Source: Hormiphora californensis (Eukaryota; Animalia; Ctenophora). Taken from it: a DNA stretch of 64,000 nucleotides. The notes beneath the pieces were generated by a model. It was not told where the DNA came from. It did no database searches and was given only the letters and a program-made list of their open reading frames with translations. The position numbers and the translations under genes were made by a program. This document shows, piece by piece, positions 1 to 10,380 of the stretch. Each line of letters starts with the position of its first letter. The stretch's first letter is position 1. The DNA lies in contig CM035354.1 in the NCBI GenBank assembly GCA_020137815.1, positions 1,426,001 to 1,490,000 of the forward strand, given 5' to 3'.

Positions 1-2140
1 GACAGGGGGTTAGAACAATTCCTGCTCAGTAGACAGGGGTGGGGGGTTAGACAGGGGGTTAGAACAATTCCTGCATCAGGAGACAGGGGTGGGGGGTTAG
101 ACAGGGGAGTTGAACTCGCTGCTCAGTCGACAGGGGGGGGGTAGACAGGGGTTAGAACGTCCTGCACATGAGACAGGGGTGGGGTTAGACAGGAGGGTTG
201 AAACAATTCCTGCATCAGTGATACAGGGGGGGGGTAGACGGGGTTATTAAGCCTGCATCATGAGACAGGCGTGGGGATGGTTAGACAGGGGTTAGAACGT
301 TGCATCAGGAGACAGGGGTGGGGGGTTAGACAGGGGAGAACGTCCTGCATCAGTGAGACAGGGTGGGGGGTAGAACATGGTTAGAACGTCCTGCATCAGT
401 GAGACAGGGGTGGGGGGGTAGACAGGGGTTGAACAATTCTGCATCAGGAACAGGGGTGGGGGGTAGTGGTTGACCATGTATAAGGTCCAAATAAGGCACA
501 GAACTTTCTGAATCAGCTTTTCAAGACGAATCCAACGCAACCGAATTAGCTCTCTATTCATCGGAAGTGCTGGGTCTGGAACCTTCATTTTTAGTCATTT
601 TTTCGGTGCGCGGGCCGAATCAGAGGCCTTTATTTTGAAATCCAGGCCTCTGATGGCTCGCGCACCGAAAAATAGCAAAAATTGAGAACAAAAACGAAAA
701 TGGCCAACCCCAGTCACTTCCCGAAGATAGAGTATCGTCTTGAATTCTAAAAGTAGAAAAGCTGTGCAATGGTTACCTTACCACTAGTGGGGTTAGACGG
801 GGAGACGTCTCTCTGGACGGGGTTCGGGGGCAATTCTACAGTGACTGGGGGTCAAGGGTTGAACGTCATCAAGCGGGTGGGATTACGTTAGCAATCTGGA
901 TATAGCGGTGCGGAGTAGGGTTGCGTCACTATGTAGACGGTGGGGGTTCGTAGTCTGATATAACAGGGGTGGCAGGGTGAACGTTCCACCTCAACGGGGG
1001 GGAGGAGGGTAACGTCTGCATCCCAGTGACGGGGTGTGGGTTAGACAGGCGTTAGTGAGCCTGATCAGTGAACAGGGTGTAACAGGGGACAATTGTCAGG
1101 GGGGATACAGGGGTTAGGACCTGCATCATGAGAGGGTGGGGGGTTAGACGGGGGTGTTAGAACTCCCTGCTCAGTAGACAGGCGTGGGGGGGATGGAAAG
1201 GGGGTTAGAACGTCCTGAGTCAGTGAGACAGGGGTGGGGTATGGCTTTAGACAGGGCGGTTAGAACAATTACTGGATCAGTGAGACAGGCGTGTGGGGAT
1301 GGTTAGACAGGGGTTGAACGTACCTGCATCCAGTGAAAGGACAGGGGTGGGGTTAGACAGGGGGTTAGAACGATCCTGCATACAGTGGAGACAGGGCGTG
1401 GGGGGTAGACGGGCAGGGGTTTAGAACTTCCTGCAGCATCAGTGACAGGGGAGGGTACAAGGGGGGAAGTCTGATCAGGCGACAGGGTGGGGGGTTAGAA
1501 GGCCGTAGAAGACCTGATCAGACGGGGGTGAACGGGTAGCTTCTGACATCAGGGGTGGTTGACGTTAACGTCATGATCAGAGACGAGGGGTGGGGGGGTT
1601 TAGACAGGGAGACGCCGCCAGGTCGACGTGGGGATGTAAGTAAACGTCCTGCATCATAGAGGTGGGTTGAGTGTAGAACACCTTACGAACGGTGGGGATG
1701 GTTGACAGTGTGACGTCCTGCGTAGACAGTGTGGGGTTTAGCAGGGTTAGAACGTCCTGCACATTAACAGGGTCCAGTTAAAGCCGCATCAGGAGTACGG
1801 TGGGGGGGGTTAGACAGGGGTTAGAACAATTCGCCAGGAGGGGTTGACAGGGTAGAAGGCCACATGGACGGGTGGGGGGTTAGACAGGGGGTTAGAACGT
1901 CCCTTGCATCAGAGCAGGGGTGGGGGGGTTAGAACAGGGGGTTAGGAACAATTCCTGCATCAGTCGAGACAGGGGTGGGGGGTGTAGGACAGGGGGTTAG
2001 ACAATTCTTTCCTGCATCAGTGAACAGGGGTGGGGGGTTAGACAGGGGTTAGAACAACTCATCGTGAGCAGGGGGGTGCGGGGGAGCCTGTCAGGGGAGA
2101 CAGGGGGGGTAGGAGACAATCACATGTAGTGAGACGTGGG
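1..2140. repeat. G-rich minisatellite (unit about 45-52 bp, GACAGGGGGTTAGAAC(AATT/GT)CCTGCATCAGTGAGACAGGGGTGGGGGGTTA), degenerate or noisy left part
   Basis: Same unit as the clean array at 7351-8622. Many indels here suggest a low-quality consensus. Confidence 0.9.
464..786. mobile_element. Small palindromic MITE-like insertion in the minisatellite
   Basis: Inner inverted repeat TTTTTCGGTGCGCG..ATCAGAGGCCT / AGGCCTCTGAT..CGCGCACCGAAAAA centred near 635; degenerate termini TAGTGGT...ACCACTA. Confidence 0.6.
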
Positions 2141-2175
2141 TACTTCTTGGTTACTTTGAGAGTTTTAGTGATCCT

Positions 2176-5110
2176 CTAATCCACTAGGCCATCCTTGGCA
2201 TAGAACCACCCATACGCCACCAATAAGTAAGGAATATGTTTTGCTGCCCAGTATAACCATCGATTAGGTGGACGATCAGGAATGTTATCGAGGTGTCTTT
2301 TGGAGTGCAGTCCTTGAACGATGTTAGAGGATACGCCTAATGTAACACGTGCAGGTAGAGTGTTCCATAGCTTAGGAGCCTTCACCGAGAAGCTATTTTC
2401 GTAAAGTGTACTAGAGCGTTTAGTAGAAGTGTTACGATCAGGAGGAGGGGGATACACCGCACGGATGCCTCTTGGAGAGGATGGATTGAACTTTATGGAG
2501 CCAGGAGCTAGGCCGTGAAGAATCTTCCAGCATGGATAATTGAGTATCGCTCTCGGCGTCTCTGCAGAGACATGATACCAAGAGTCGATAGCCGATCCCA
2601 GTAGTCGGTGCCAGCTGATTCAATTTTGGGCAACGAAGGAGCGCCTGAACATTTCAAGAGTCCTAATGTCTGCAGTGTGTAAGGATCCCAGAGAGGACAC
2701 ACATATTCTAATGGCTTCGGGACGAGGTTTTGTAGAGGGTAAGCATGGTTGCGTTATCCCTGGCCCGGAAAACACTAAGAGCCCAGCTTGCCATCTTCTT
2801 CCCTGGCTAGCCAGACTGGATATATGCTGAGAACCTGAAAGGCCGGAGTGAACAGTGAAACCCAGGTCCTTAACAAATTCCTTCTCCTCTAACAGCCCAT
2901 CATCAGGGATGACGTACTTCCTAAAATTGTCGATGAAAGGGAGATGACGAAGGAGTGACCGATTTTCACTGAAGGGCTCTGAGATAAGTAAATCGAATTT
3001 ATTCGGGTGAAGTTTCATGTTGTTGAATGAGGACCATGTTAAAGTAGCATCGAGGTCCTCTTGAAGATCCAGGACATCTTGCTGGCAAATGATCCTCTTG
3101 CTAAGACGGGTATCGTCAGCAAAGCGACCAACCTTTGAATGAGATACAGCCAAATCCAGGTCGTTCACAAAAAGGATGAAAAGAATAGGAGCCAGAACGG
3201 TCCCTTGGGGAACACCGCTGATGATAGTAATAGGTCTGGAACTAGCTCCCTTGGACAGTAACAGTTGTGTTCTACCGGAAAGGAAGATGATATCAGTCAA
3301 CAATTAATGGAGGAATCCATAAGCATGGAGTTTCTTCAGCAGAAGGTTATGGTCTATGGAATCACAAAGCTTTTGATAGTCCAGGTAGATGGTGTCTGTA
3401 GCTTACACCTTCTATAAGACCATCTGAACATCACCTAGATGGTCTAGAAGTTGTGTAGACAACTTTCCCACTACGGAAACCGTGTCTGGTAGGGGAAAGC
3501 AGGTTGTTATTCTCGACATAGTCCACAAAATGCTTTCTGAGACCCTTTCAAAGCATTGAACAACATGTGACGTCAGGGAAATAGGCCGATAGTTACCAGG
3601 GTCGATGTGGACCCTTCTTGTGAGAGGTAATATCGTGGCCCGTTGTAGAAACACAGGACCTATTCTTTCTTCTAGTGAAGTTTTCCAAATTATTGATAGG
3701 GGGGTAGCGAGTTCAACACAGCAGTGTTTAAGTAGTAAAGCCGGTATACCATCAGGACCGGATCCGGAACTGGGTTTCAGGTCTTTAAGGACAGAGATGA
3801 TATCGGCATGAATGTCAGTCTGTAACATGTCGGGAAAAGGGAACTGAGGTACTGTTTCCGGGGCAGTCCACTGAAGGCCTTCAGCATTAGGGTCGCTGAA
3901 GGAGGAAGAGAATTTAGACTGAAGGAGGTCTGCATAGCTGCCAGGGTCAGTGACTGCAGAGCCATCAGGGTCAAAGAAGGCAGCTTGATGGATGAATCGA
4001 GCCGGTTTAAGTGATTTAGCGTAATTAAAGAAAACTTTGGGATTTAGTTTTAAGTTCCGATCACCTTCTGTCACGATTCTCAATTTTGTTCACGATTGCC
4101 TGGGCCATTCTCCTCTAGGGCAACCGATTTTTCTCTGGGGGACTGAGAGCAGCTGGGTTGGAAGTAGGGAGGGACATGAGAGCAGCTATCCTTGCTTGAC
4201 GCGTCGTTTTCTCCGCGGAATACCATTGGCACACTTTAGGCTTCCAGATGTAGGGCGTCTGAGGGGAGGTGATCTTGGCAGATCTGAAGGAGCCGCTGGT
4301 GAGGAGTGTTCGGGGAAGGATTCGGGTGACGTGGACGATTGAAGTCCGCCAGTCAAAGTCGGAGATAGGTTTCTTGAGTTTGTCTAAGTCACCTCGATTA
4401 AAATCTAGAGCTCGGAATCCAATGATGGGAGGAGACTGGTGTTCCCTGTTCTGATGGTGACGGAGACACTGAGAGAGCAACATCAAAACCAACCGGTTGA
4501 TCAGACATGCGAGTGTCGTAAGCTGTTATTCTAGTCGCTAAAGTGGGGGATTAGTCAAGAGTATGTCTAGAATGTTGTTACCTCTAGTCGCCGTATCAAT
4601 CACCTGGGTCAGAAGAACTCTGACATGAGCTCAAAAGAAATACTAGCAGCGCGGAGTTTCCACATTGTTGAAATTTAATGAGAGAGAATCCCAGTCGATT
4701 TCAGGGAAATTAAGGTCACCTCAAAAACGATGGTCGAATCATCTGGAAGGTCAGCTAAAGAGTCTCGAGCAAAATCTATTAGTTCGGTAAATTCCTGCAG
4801 AGAAGCCTAGTGCCTGTAAGAACCGCCACACCCATTTGATAGTTTGGAAATAGCAAATAACTCCCTGACAAACAGAATTGTACAACTGTAGGTGGATGTA
4901 GCAGGGAGGTTTCATGGGCAAAGAGGGCAACACCGCACCGATCCTTCTTGTCCCGGTCTGCCCTGTAAGAGAGTATCCGGGATGCGACAGAGGACCCTCT
5001 GTTGTATGACTTGAACCACGATTCGGAGACAAGAATGAGGAATGGAGTGATTGGATCCGCCTCGTCCTCTACCATCATACGAAGCGCTTCCATCTTCCAT
5101 TCATTTTTGC
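2176..5110 (-). pseudogene. LINE ORF2 (APE endonuclease + reverse transcriptase), frameshifted
   Basis: Motifs are split over ORFs 4779-5480, 4115-4492, 3412-4083, 2620-3303, 2438-2702 and 2176-2457. The frameshifts may be decay or assembly error. Confidence 0.85.
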
Positions 5111-5489
5111 TTCCTGCAGCGTGTTCAAGCCTCCAGTCCCAGCATTTAATAGTAAAGGATGATATAGGGTTGGTTGGGGGTTGTTTAACCGAACATTGAG
5201 GGTGTTTGGGAGAAGGAAGACGTCCTGGAATGCTCAGGACCTGATGGTATGTAGTCATTTCCCCTGGCTGGACTGGAGTTCGGAAGTGGGTAACAACAGG
5301 TTGGGAGGGTACCATGGTGCTGTAAAGTTGAGGAGGAGGTACCATGGCGTCGTACCATTGTGGGTTGCAGTACTGCTGGGGAGGAGGGTACCATAGGGCT
5401 GTATTGATGGGACGTTGGGCACTGCGGTATGGAACTGTGGAGGGTAGGCACCGTGGTATACTCTGGAGGAGGTGGTGCAAGGGGGCAGT

Positions 5490-6890
5490 TCAGTTGAGGA
5501 GGGGGAAACTGCGGTATTGTATGCTGTGTGTGCCGTTGGGCAGGTCTGCTGAAGGGGCATCGTGTGGTAGGTCAGTTGAGAGGGGGGTACCGTAGGATGG
5601 ACTGCTGATGAGGAGGTACCGTGGGGATGAACTGCTGAGGAGGGGGCGCCATGGGGTTGAAATGCTGGGTAGGGGGCGCCATGGGGTTGAAATGCTGGGT
5701 AGGGGGCGCCATGGGGTCGTCCCGATGTGGAGGGGGCGCCATGTGATTGAACTGCTGAGGAGGGGGCGCCATGGGGTTGAATTTGCTGGGAGGGGGCACC
5801 ATGGAATCGTCCCGATGGGGAGGGGCAACTGTGGGATTGGTCTGTTGGGAGGGGGCACTCTGGAGTTGATGGGAGCAGGTTGGTGGCAGTTGCGTGATCC
5901 CCTCATAAGGTGGGGAATATCCCTGACGGACTCTTCTAAGCTGCGGGTCCGAAAAAGGGGATCCGTCTGGGGTATGCTGTGCTGGACCCCGCGACTCTCT
6001 GCAGTTTTAACGGGAGGTTTGTGCTGCACGGAGGTAAGATGGGAATGGGTGCAGCTCCGCTTGTCAGCAACAAAATCTGGACAGGCCTCTCCTCTCCTAT
6101 TATACTTGCAAATCTTGGGGTGGAAGAGAGTACAAGACTTGGTGGGGGGACAGCCTTTAATAGCATCCGTGCCAAACTTTTGGAAAACAGCACATTTAGG
6201 GGGGTGGGCGTATAGACAGCGGCGGCCTCTGATGAGACGGTTACCGCTCTTGCCATGAGGGCAACTCCCGTAAAAATAACGCGGGCAATTATCAGGTTCA
6301 TCGTTACTCTTCAATCCAGCCTGATGAGCCAATCGGTATTCTGCTAGTTGAGCTGCAAGGGGGTCTTTCAAGCCGTCCTGAGTATCTTTGGGGTCTGTCT
6401 GGGAACCGTGGGTAACTTGGGGGCTATCTGGCTCATCGGGTGTCAAATCAAGAGCATCTTTCAGTACAGCTTGCTGAACAGCTTGATCGTTACTCTTATC
6501 CGAAGGAGCAGCTTGGCTGGGCAGAGCTGCAGTATCTGTGGGTGTGGGTAGGTCGGCTTGGTTCAGCCCAGACAAATCGGTTCCGGATGAGGGTGAGTTA
6601 ACCACAGCATTCAGTTGGCTAGTGTTAGGGGGCGGAGGAGTAGGAGTAGGAGATGGGGAGGGAGTATTACAGTACAACGCTGGGTTGTAAGAGCAACCGC
6701 TACAGAGGATAATGGATCCCCTTACTCGGGTCACCTCCTGATAGCACTGCCCGTGAGAGGGGGAGCCACAGACTAAGCAAAGAAACGTACCCAGAGCTCC
6801 AGCTCCCTGGACTTTGAAAATCAAGGGATGAAGGCCACTAGTGTTACATCGAGGACAAGTAACACCCAGTTTGAGGTCAAAGAATTCCAT
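5490..6890 (-). CDS. LINE ORF1 protein: PHD-like Cys/His finger, tandem CCCH-like fingers and Pro-rich repeats
   Basis: CPRC...CLVC..H..C...CSGC; CPRYFYGSCPHG..CLYAH; C..F...GC....CTLFH; C.Y....C.....CTHSH. A 30-bp repeat at about 5630-5830 reads (MAPPPQQFNP)n in another frame, implying a frameshift. The true start may lie near 7137. Confidence 0.75.
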   Translation of the reverse strand: MEFFDLKLGVTCPRCNTSGLHPLIFKVQGAGALGTFLCLVCGSPSHGQCYQEVTRVRGSIILCSGCSYNPALYCNTPSPSPTPTPPPPNTSQLNAVVNSPSSGTDLSGLNQADLPTPTDTAALPSQAAPSDKSNDQAVQQAVLKDALDLTPDEPDSPQVTHGSQTDPKDTQDGLKDPLAAQLAEYRLAHQAGLKSNDEPDNCPRYFYGSCPHGKSGNRLIRGRRCLYAHPPKCAVFQKFGTDAIKGCPPTKSCTLFHPKICKYNRRGEACPDFVADKRSCTHSHLTSVQHKPPVKTAESRGVQHSIPQTDPLFRTRSLEESVRDIPHLMRGSRNCHQPAPINSRVPPPNRPIPQLPLPIGTIPWCPLPANSTPWRPLLSSSITWRPLHIGTTPWRPLPSISTPWRPLPSISTPWRPLLSSSSPRYLLISSPSYGTPLSTDLPHDAPSADLPNGTHSIQYRSFPLLN

Positions 6891-7308
6891 GATAGATGAG
6901 GCAAGTCCGCCTTAGTAACACCATCTTCTTCATTCAGGAACATCTCCAGGCATCTGAATTCTAATGAATTTATTGATACATTTAACAGTCTCTAGGAAAT
7001 CAGTAAGAGTGGACCCTTGTGTGCATTGACATTGATGAAACCATGTTTTTGATGATGATATCGAGAATGTTTTTGACAATGGTTTTTCCAGAAAAGACTT
7101 TCACAGATAACACAAGATCCTTAACCTTAATGAACATGATTATAGTTACTGTTGTGAGTAGTGGATAGTAGAAGGTTGATGTGTGGGGTCAGGAGATGTG
7201 ATGATGTGAAGGATTGAATGGAGTGAGTTCTTGACTTGGCTTGACGTGGCTTGGTCTTGAAGAGCTTGCTACAGGGTAGTGTGCGGCACTCTTTACATCA
7301 TCGCACAC

Positions 7309-7350
7309 CTCAAATTAATTTGTTTAAAGTAGTGTTGAAAAGTTTGAAAC
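7309..7350 (-). other. Ctenophore-type spliced leader (SL) exon sequence
   Basis: Minus strand reads GTTTCAAACTTTTCAACACTACTTTAAACAAATTAATTTGAG. This matches the Pleurobrachia/Hormiphora SL as I recall it, lacking about 2 nt at the 5' end. It lies exactly at the LINE/minisatellite junction. Confidence 0.85.
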
Positions 7351-8622
7351 GGGGGTTAGACAGGGGGTTAGAACGTCCTGCATCAGTGAGACAGGGGTGG
7401 GGGGGTTAGACAGGGGGTTAGAACGTCCTGCATCAGTCAGACAGGGGTGGGGGTTAGACAGGGGGTTAGAACGTCCTGCATCAGTGAGACAGGGGTGGGG
7501 GGTTAGACAGGGGGTTAGAACAATTCCTGCATCAGTGAGACAGGGGTGGGGGGGTAGACAGGGGGTTAGAACGTCCTGCATCAGTGAGACAGGGGTGGGG
7601 GGTTAGACAGGGGGTTAGAACAATTCCTGCATCAGTGAGACAGGGGTGGGGGTTAGACAGGGGGTTAGAACAATTCCTGCATCAGTGAGACAGGCGTGGG
7701 GGGGGGGGGTAGGGCAAGGGGGTTAGAACGTCCTGCATCAGTGAGACAGGGGTGGGGGATGGTTAGACAGGGGGTTAGAACAATTCCTGCATCAGTGAGA
7801 CAGGGGTGGGGGATGGTTAGACAGGGGGTTAGAACGTCCTGCATCAGTGAGACAGGGGTGGGGGGTTAGACAGGGGGTTAGAACAATTCCTGCATCAGTG
7901 AGACAGGGGTGGGGGGGTAGACAGGGGGTTAGAACAATTCCTGCATCAGTGAGACAGGGGTGGGGGGGTTAGACAGGGGGTTAGAACAATTCCTGCATCA
8001 GTGAGACAGGGGTGGGGGGTTAGACAGGGGGTTAGAACAATTCCTGCATCAGTGAGACAGGCGTGGGGGGGGTTAGACAGGGGGTTAGAACGTCCTGCAT
8101 CAGTGAGACAGGGTGGGGGGGGGGGGGGGGGGGGTTAGACAGGGGGTTAGAACGTCCTGCATCAGTGAGACAGGGGTGGGGGTTAGACAGGGGGTTAGAA
8201 CGTCCTGCATCAGTGAGACAGGGTGGGGGGGTTAGACAGGGGGTTAGAACAATTCCTGCATCAGTGAGACAGGCGTGGGGGGGGTAGGGCAAGGGGGTTA
8301 GAACGTCCTGCATCAGTCAGACAGGGGTGGGGGGTTAGAACGTCCTGCATCAGTGAGACAGGGGTGGGGGGTTAGACAGGGGCCGTTAGAACGTCCTGCA
8401 TCAGTGAGACAGGGTGGGGGGTTAGACAGGGTTAGAACGTCCTGCATCAGTGAGACAGGGGTGGGGGGTTAGACAGGGGGTTAGAACAATTCCTGCATCA
8501 GTGAGACAGGGGTGGGGGATTAGACAGGGGGTTAGAACGTCCTGCATCAGTCAGACAGGCGTGGGGGATGGTTAGACAGGGGCCGTTAGAACAATTCCTG
8601 CATCAGTGAGACAGGGCGTGGG
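7351..8622. repeat. Homogeneous minisatellite, about 50-bp unit with two interspersed variants (GAACAATTCCTGCA / GAACGTCCTGCA)
   Basis: About 25 directly visible tandem units. Confidence 0.97.
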
Positions 8623-8748
8623 GTGGACCCATTAAATTCTCAGAATTTGCGGACATCCCCGTTGGATATGTATTGTATGAAAAGTATATTCTTGAAGACA
8701 TCTCAGAAAACAACAAACATATTAAGAGAAACAAACTTTGCAGCTGTA

Positions 8749-8893
8749 AGTCGGATTTTTGAAAACTGTCACCCCAATGACGCGCTGATGAAATTGATCA
8801 ATTTGACGCGCACACACACGTTAAAATGATGATTGTGACGGCAAAAACATTCCGCGCACGAAAAGGGGGGTGACAGTTTCAAAAAATCCGACT
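8749..8893. mobile_element. Inverted-repeat core of a probable MITE
   Basis: AGTCGGATTTTTGAAAACTGTCACCCC ... GGGGTGACAGTTTCAAAAAATCCGACT. Confidence 0.55.
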
Positions 8894-9074
8894 ACTCCAC
8901 TATGAAATACTTAATATCTTGAATTTAATCTTGAATCTTGAATTTAATCTTGATTCTTGAATCTACAAGTACTAGTATATCAGTTGATGAAAGTTTCTGG
9001 ACGTGACAATAGGACAATGAGATTATTGTAGGGAAAGTTAGAGAATGCAGCAAAGTGAGAAAGAGGTGTATATA

Positions 9075-9720
9075 CAGGGTGTTCATATGGGATCTTTACA
9101 AGCGTTGGGCTTCACCTAGAAAAAATTTGACAAAATTAGCTTATGAAACTTCATACTTGGACTATTCTATACCCTCATTCAAGGTTCCTGGTGTTTCCGG
9201 AGCTCTAATACCCCTGGAAGTGTGTTTTTGGCATCAAAACTACCAGAAGGAATTTTTTGCTGGTGCTGAGACTTTGCTAGAATGTTTTTTGGGTATTTTC
9301 TATATCAATTCCAAAGTTTCATGATGATTGGATGTGTTTTATGAACTCAAAATTTCGAAAAAAGTGCCTGAAAAGACTCTAAAACATCAATTTTTGCCGT
9401 TTTTGAGCTGTTTTTGAGCCTTTCCAGCCAGTTTATTTGGAACTTGGTGACTGAACCACATATCGAATCATCATGAAACTTTGGAATTGACATAGAAAAT
9501 ACCCAAAAAACATTCTAGCAAAGTCTCAGCACCAGCAAAAAATTCCTTCTGGTAGTTTTGATGCCAAAAACACACTTCCAGGGGTATTAGAGCTCCGGAA
9601 ACACCAGGAACCTTGAATGAGGGTATAGAATAGTCCAAGTATGAAGTTTCATAAGTTAATTTTGTCAACTTTTTTCTGGGTGAAGCCCAACGCTTGTAAA
9701 GATCCCATATGAACACCCTG
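9075..9720. mobile_element. Tc1/mariner-like foldback MITE (about 650 bp)
   Basis: Near-perfect inverted arms of about 255 bp starting CAGGGTGTTCATATGGG, flanked by TA on both sides (9073-74, 9721-22). Confidence 0.9.
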
Positions 9721-10380
9721 TAGTGTATATAGGTAGTGTATAGTTCTACTTAGTAGCAAAATAAGCTGAAGCACGAACAGCAAGCTGGGAAAGTTACATC
9801 CTACTGAATCAGAGAGTGTTCTGGACAATATATGTTTGTTTTAGGGAACTAGAATACAGTACAAATATCATATCATATCCTAGTTATCCAATATCCACTA
9901 TAATATAGATCAGTACAAACATCATATCATATCCTAGTTGTCAACTAGAGTTCAGCACAGCAGCACATCCAACCACATAATATAATAATCAAGTGAACAA
10001 GTGACCCAACTATGTAATGACTTGATTGCTTGGCCGTTTGCCATATACATATATTCGAGATTCTTCATGATCAGCGCTGCAGGGTTATTGCAGGGTTATA
10101 GCGATATTAATCAGTCAATGTAGAGCTGTCAGATCCATTATCAATCAATCAATATGCCACATGCGATAAAGTTTGTTAAATACCACTATTACCGTCTCAT
10201 GTTCACGTGGCAATTGGCATATATTGACTGATTGATAAAGTTCCCCTAACAGCTCTTTAGAAGCTTTTTAATCGTGTTTCAGAAGTTCTGGAAGCTTCGT
10301 TCAGCTGCTTGAATGTTTTTCTTCAAGTCATGTAGAACAGCTCATGACAACATATTAACTGCAACAGTAATCAATTGCAG

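Larger units (their letters stand above)
2141..7350 (-). mobile_element. Full-length (about 5.2 kb) CR1-group non-LTR retrotransposon (LINE) with a 5' spliced leader
   Basis: ORF1 at 5490-6890 plus frameshifted ORF2 pieces. APE-like motifs: LVSESW, YRADR..GVALF. RT motifs: GPDGIP, NYRPISLTS, SGVPQGTVLAPILFILFVND, FADDT, VKDLG, LQRRRERY, APKLWNTLP. 3' tail ...CAAAGTAACCAAGAAGTA. Inserted in the G-run of a minisatellite unit. Confidence 0.93.

Noticed and set aside
7200-7350. Stand-alone SL RNA gene
   Set aside because: No upstream unique promoter, the 5' end is clipped, no Sm site is visible, and the sequence runs straight into the LINE 5' UTR.
1-8622. Telomeric repeat
   Set aside because: GGGTTAG words are embedded in a 50-bp unit, not a (TTAGGG)n array.
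9055-9716. Near-identical ORFs on opposite strands (also 63482-63991)
   Set aside because: By-product of palindromic MITE arms; no coding evidence.
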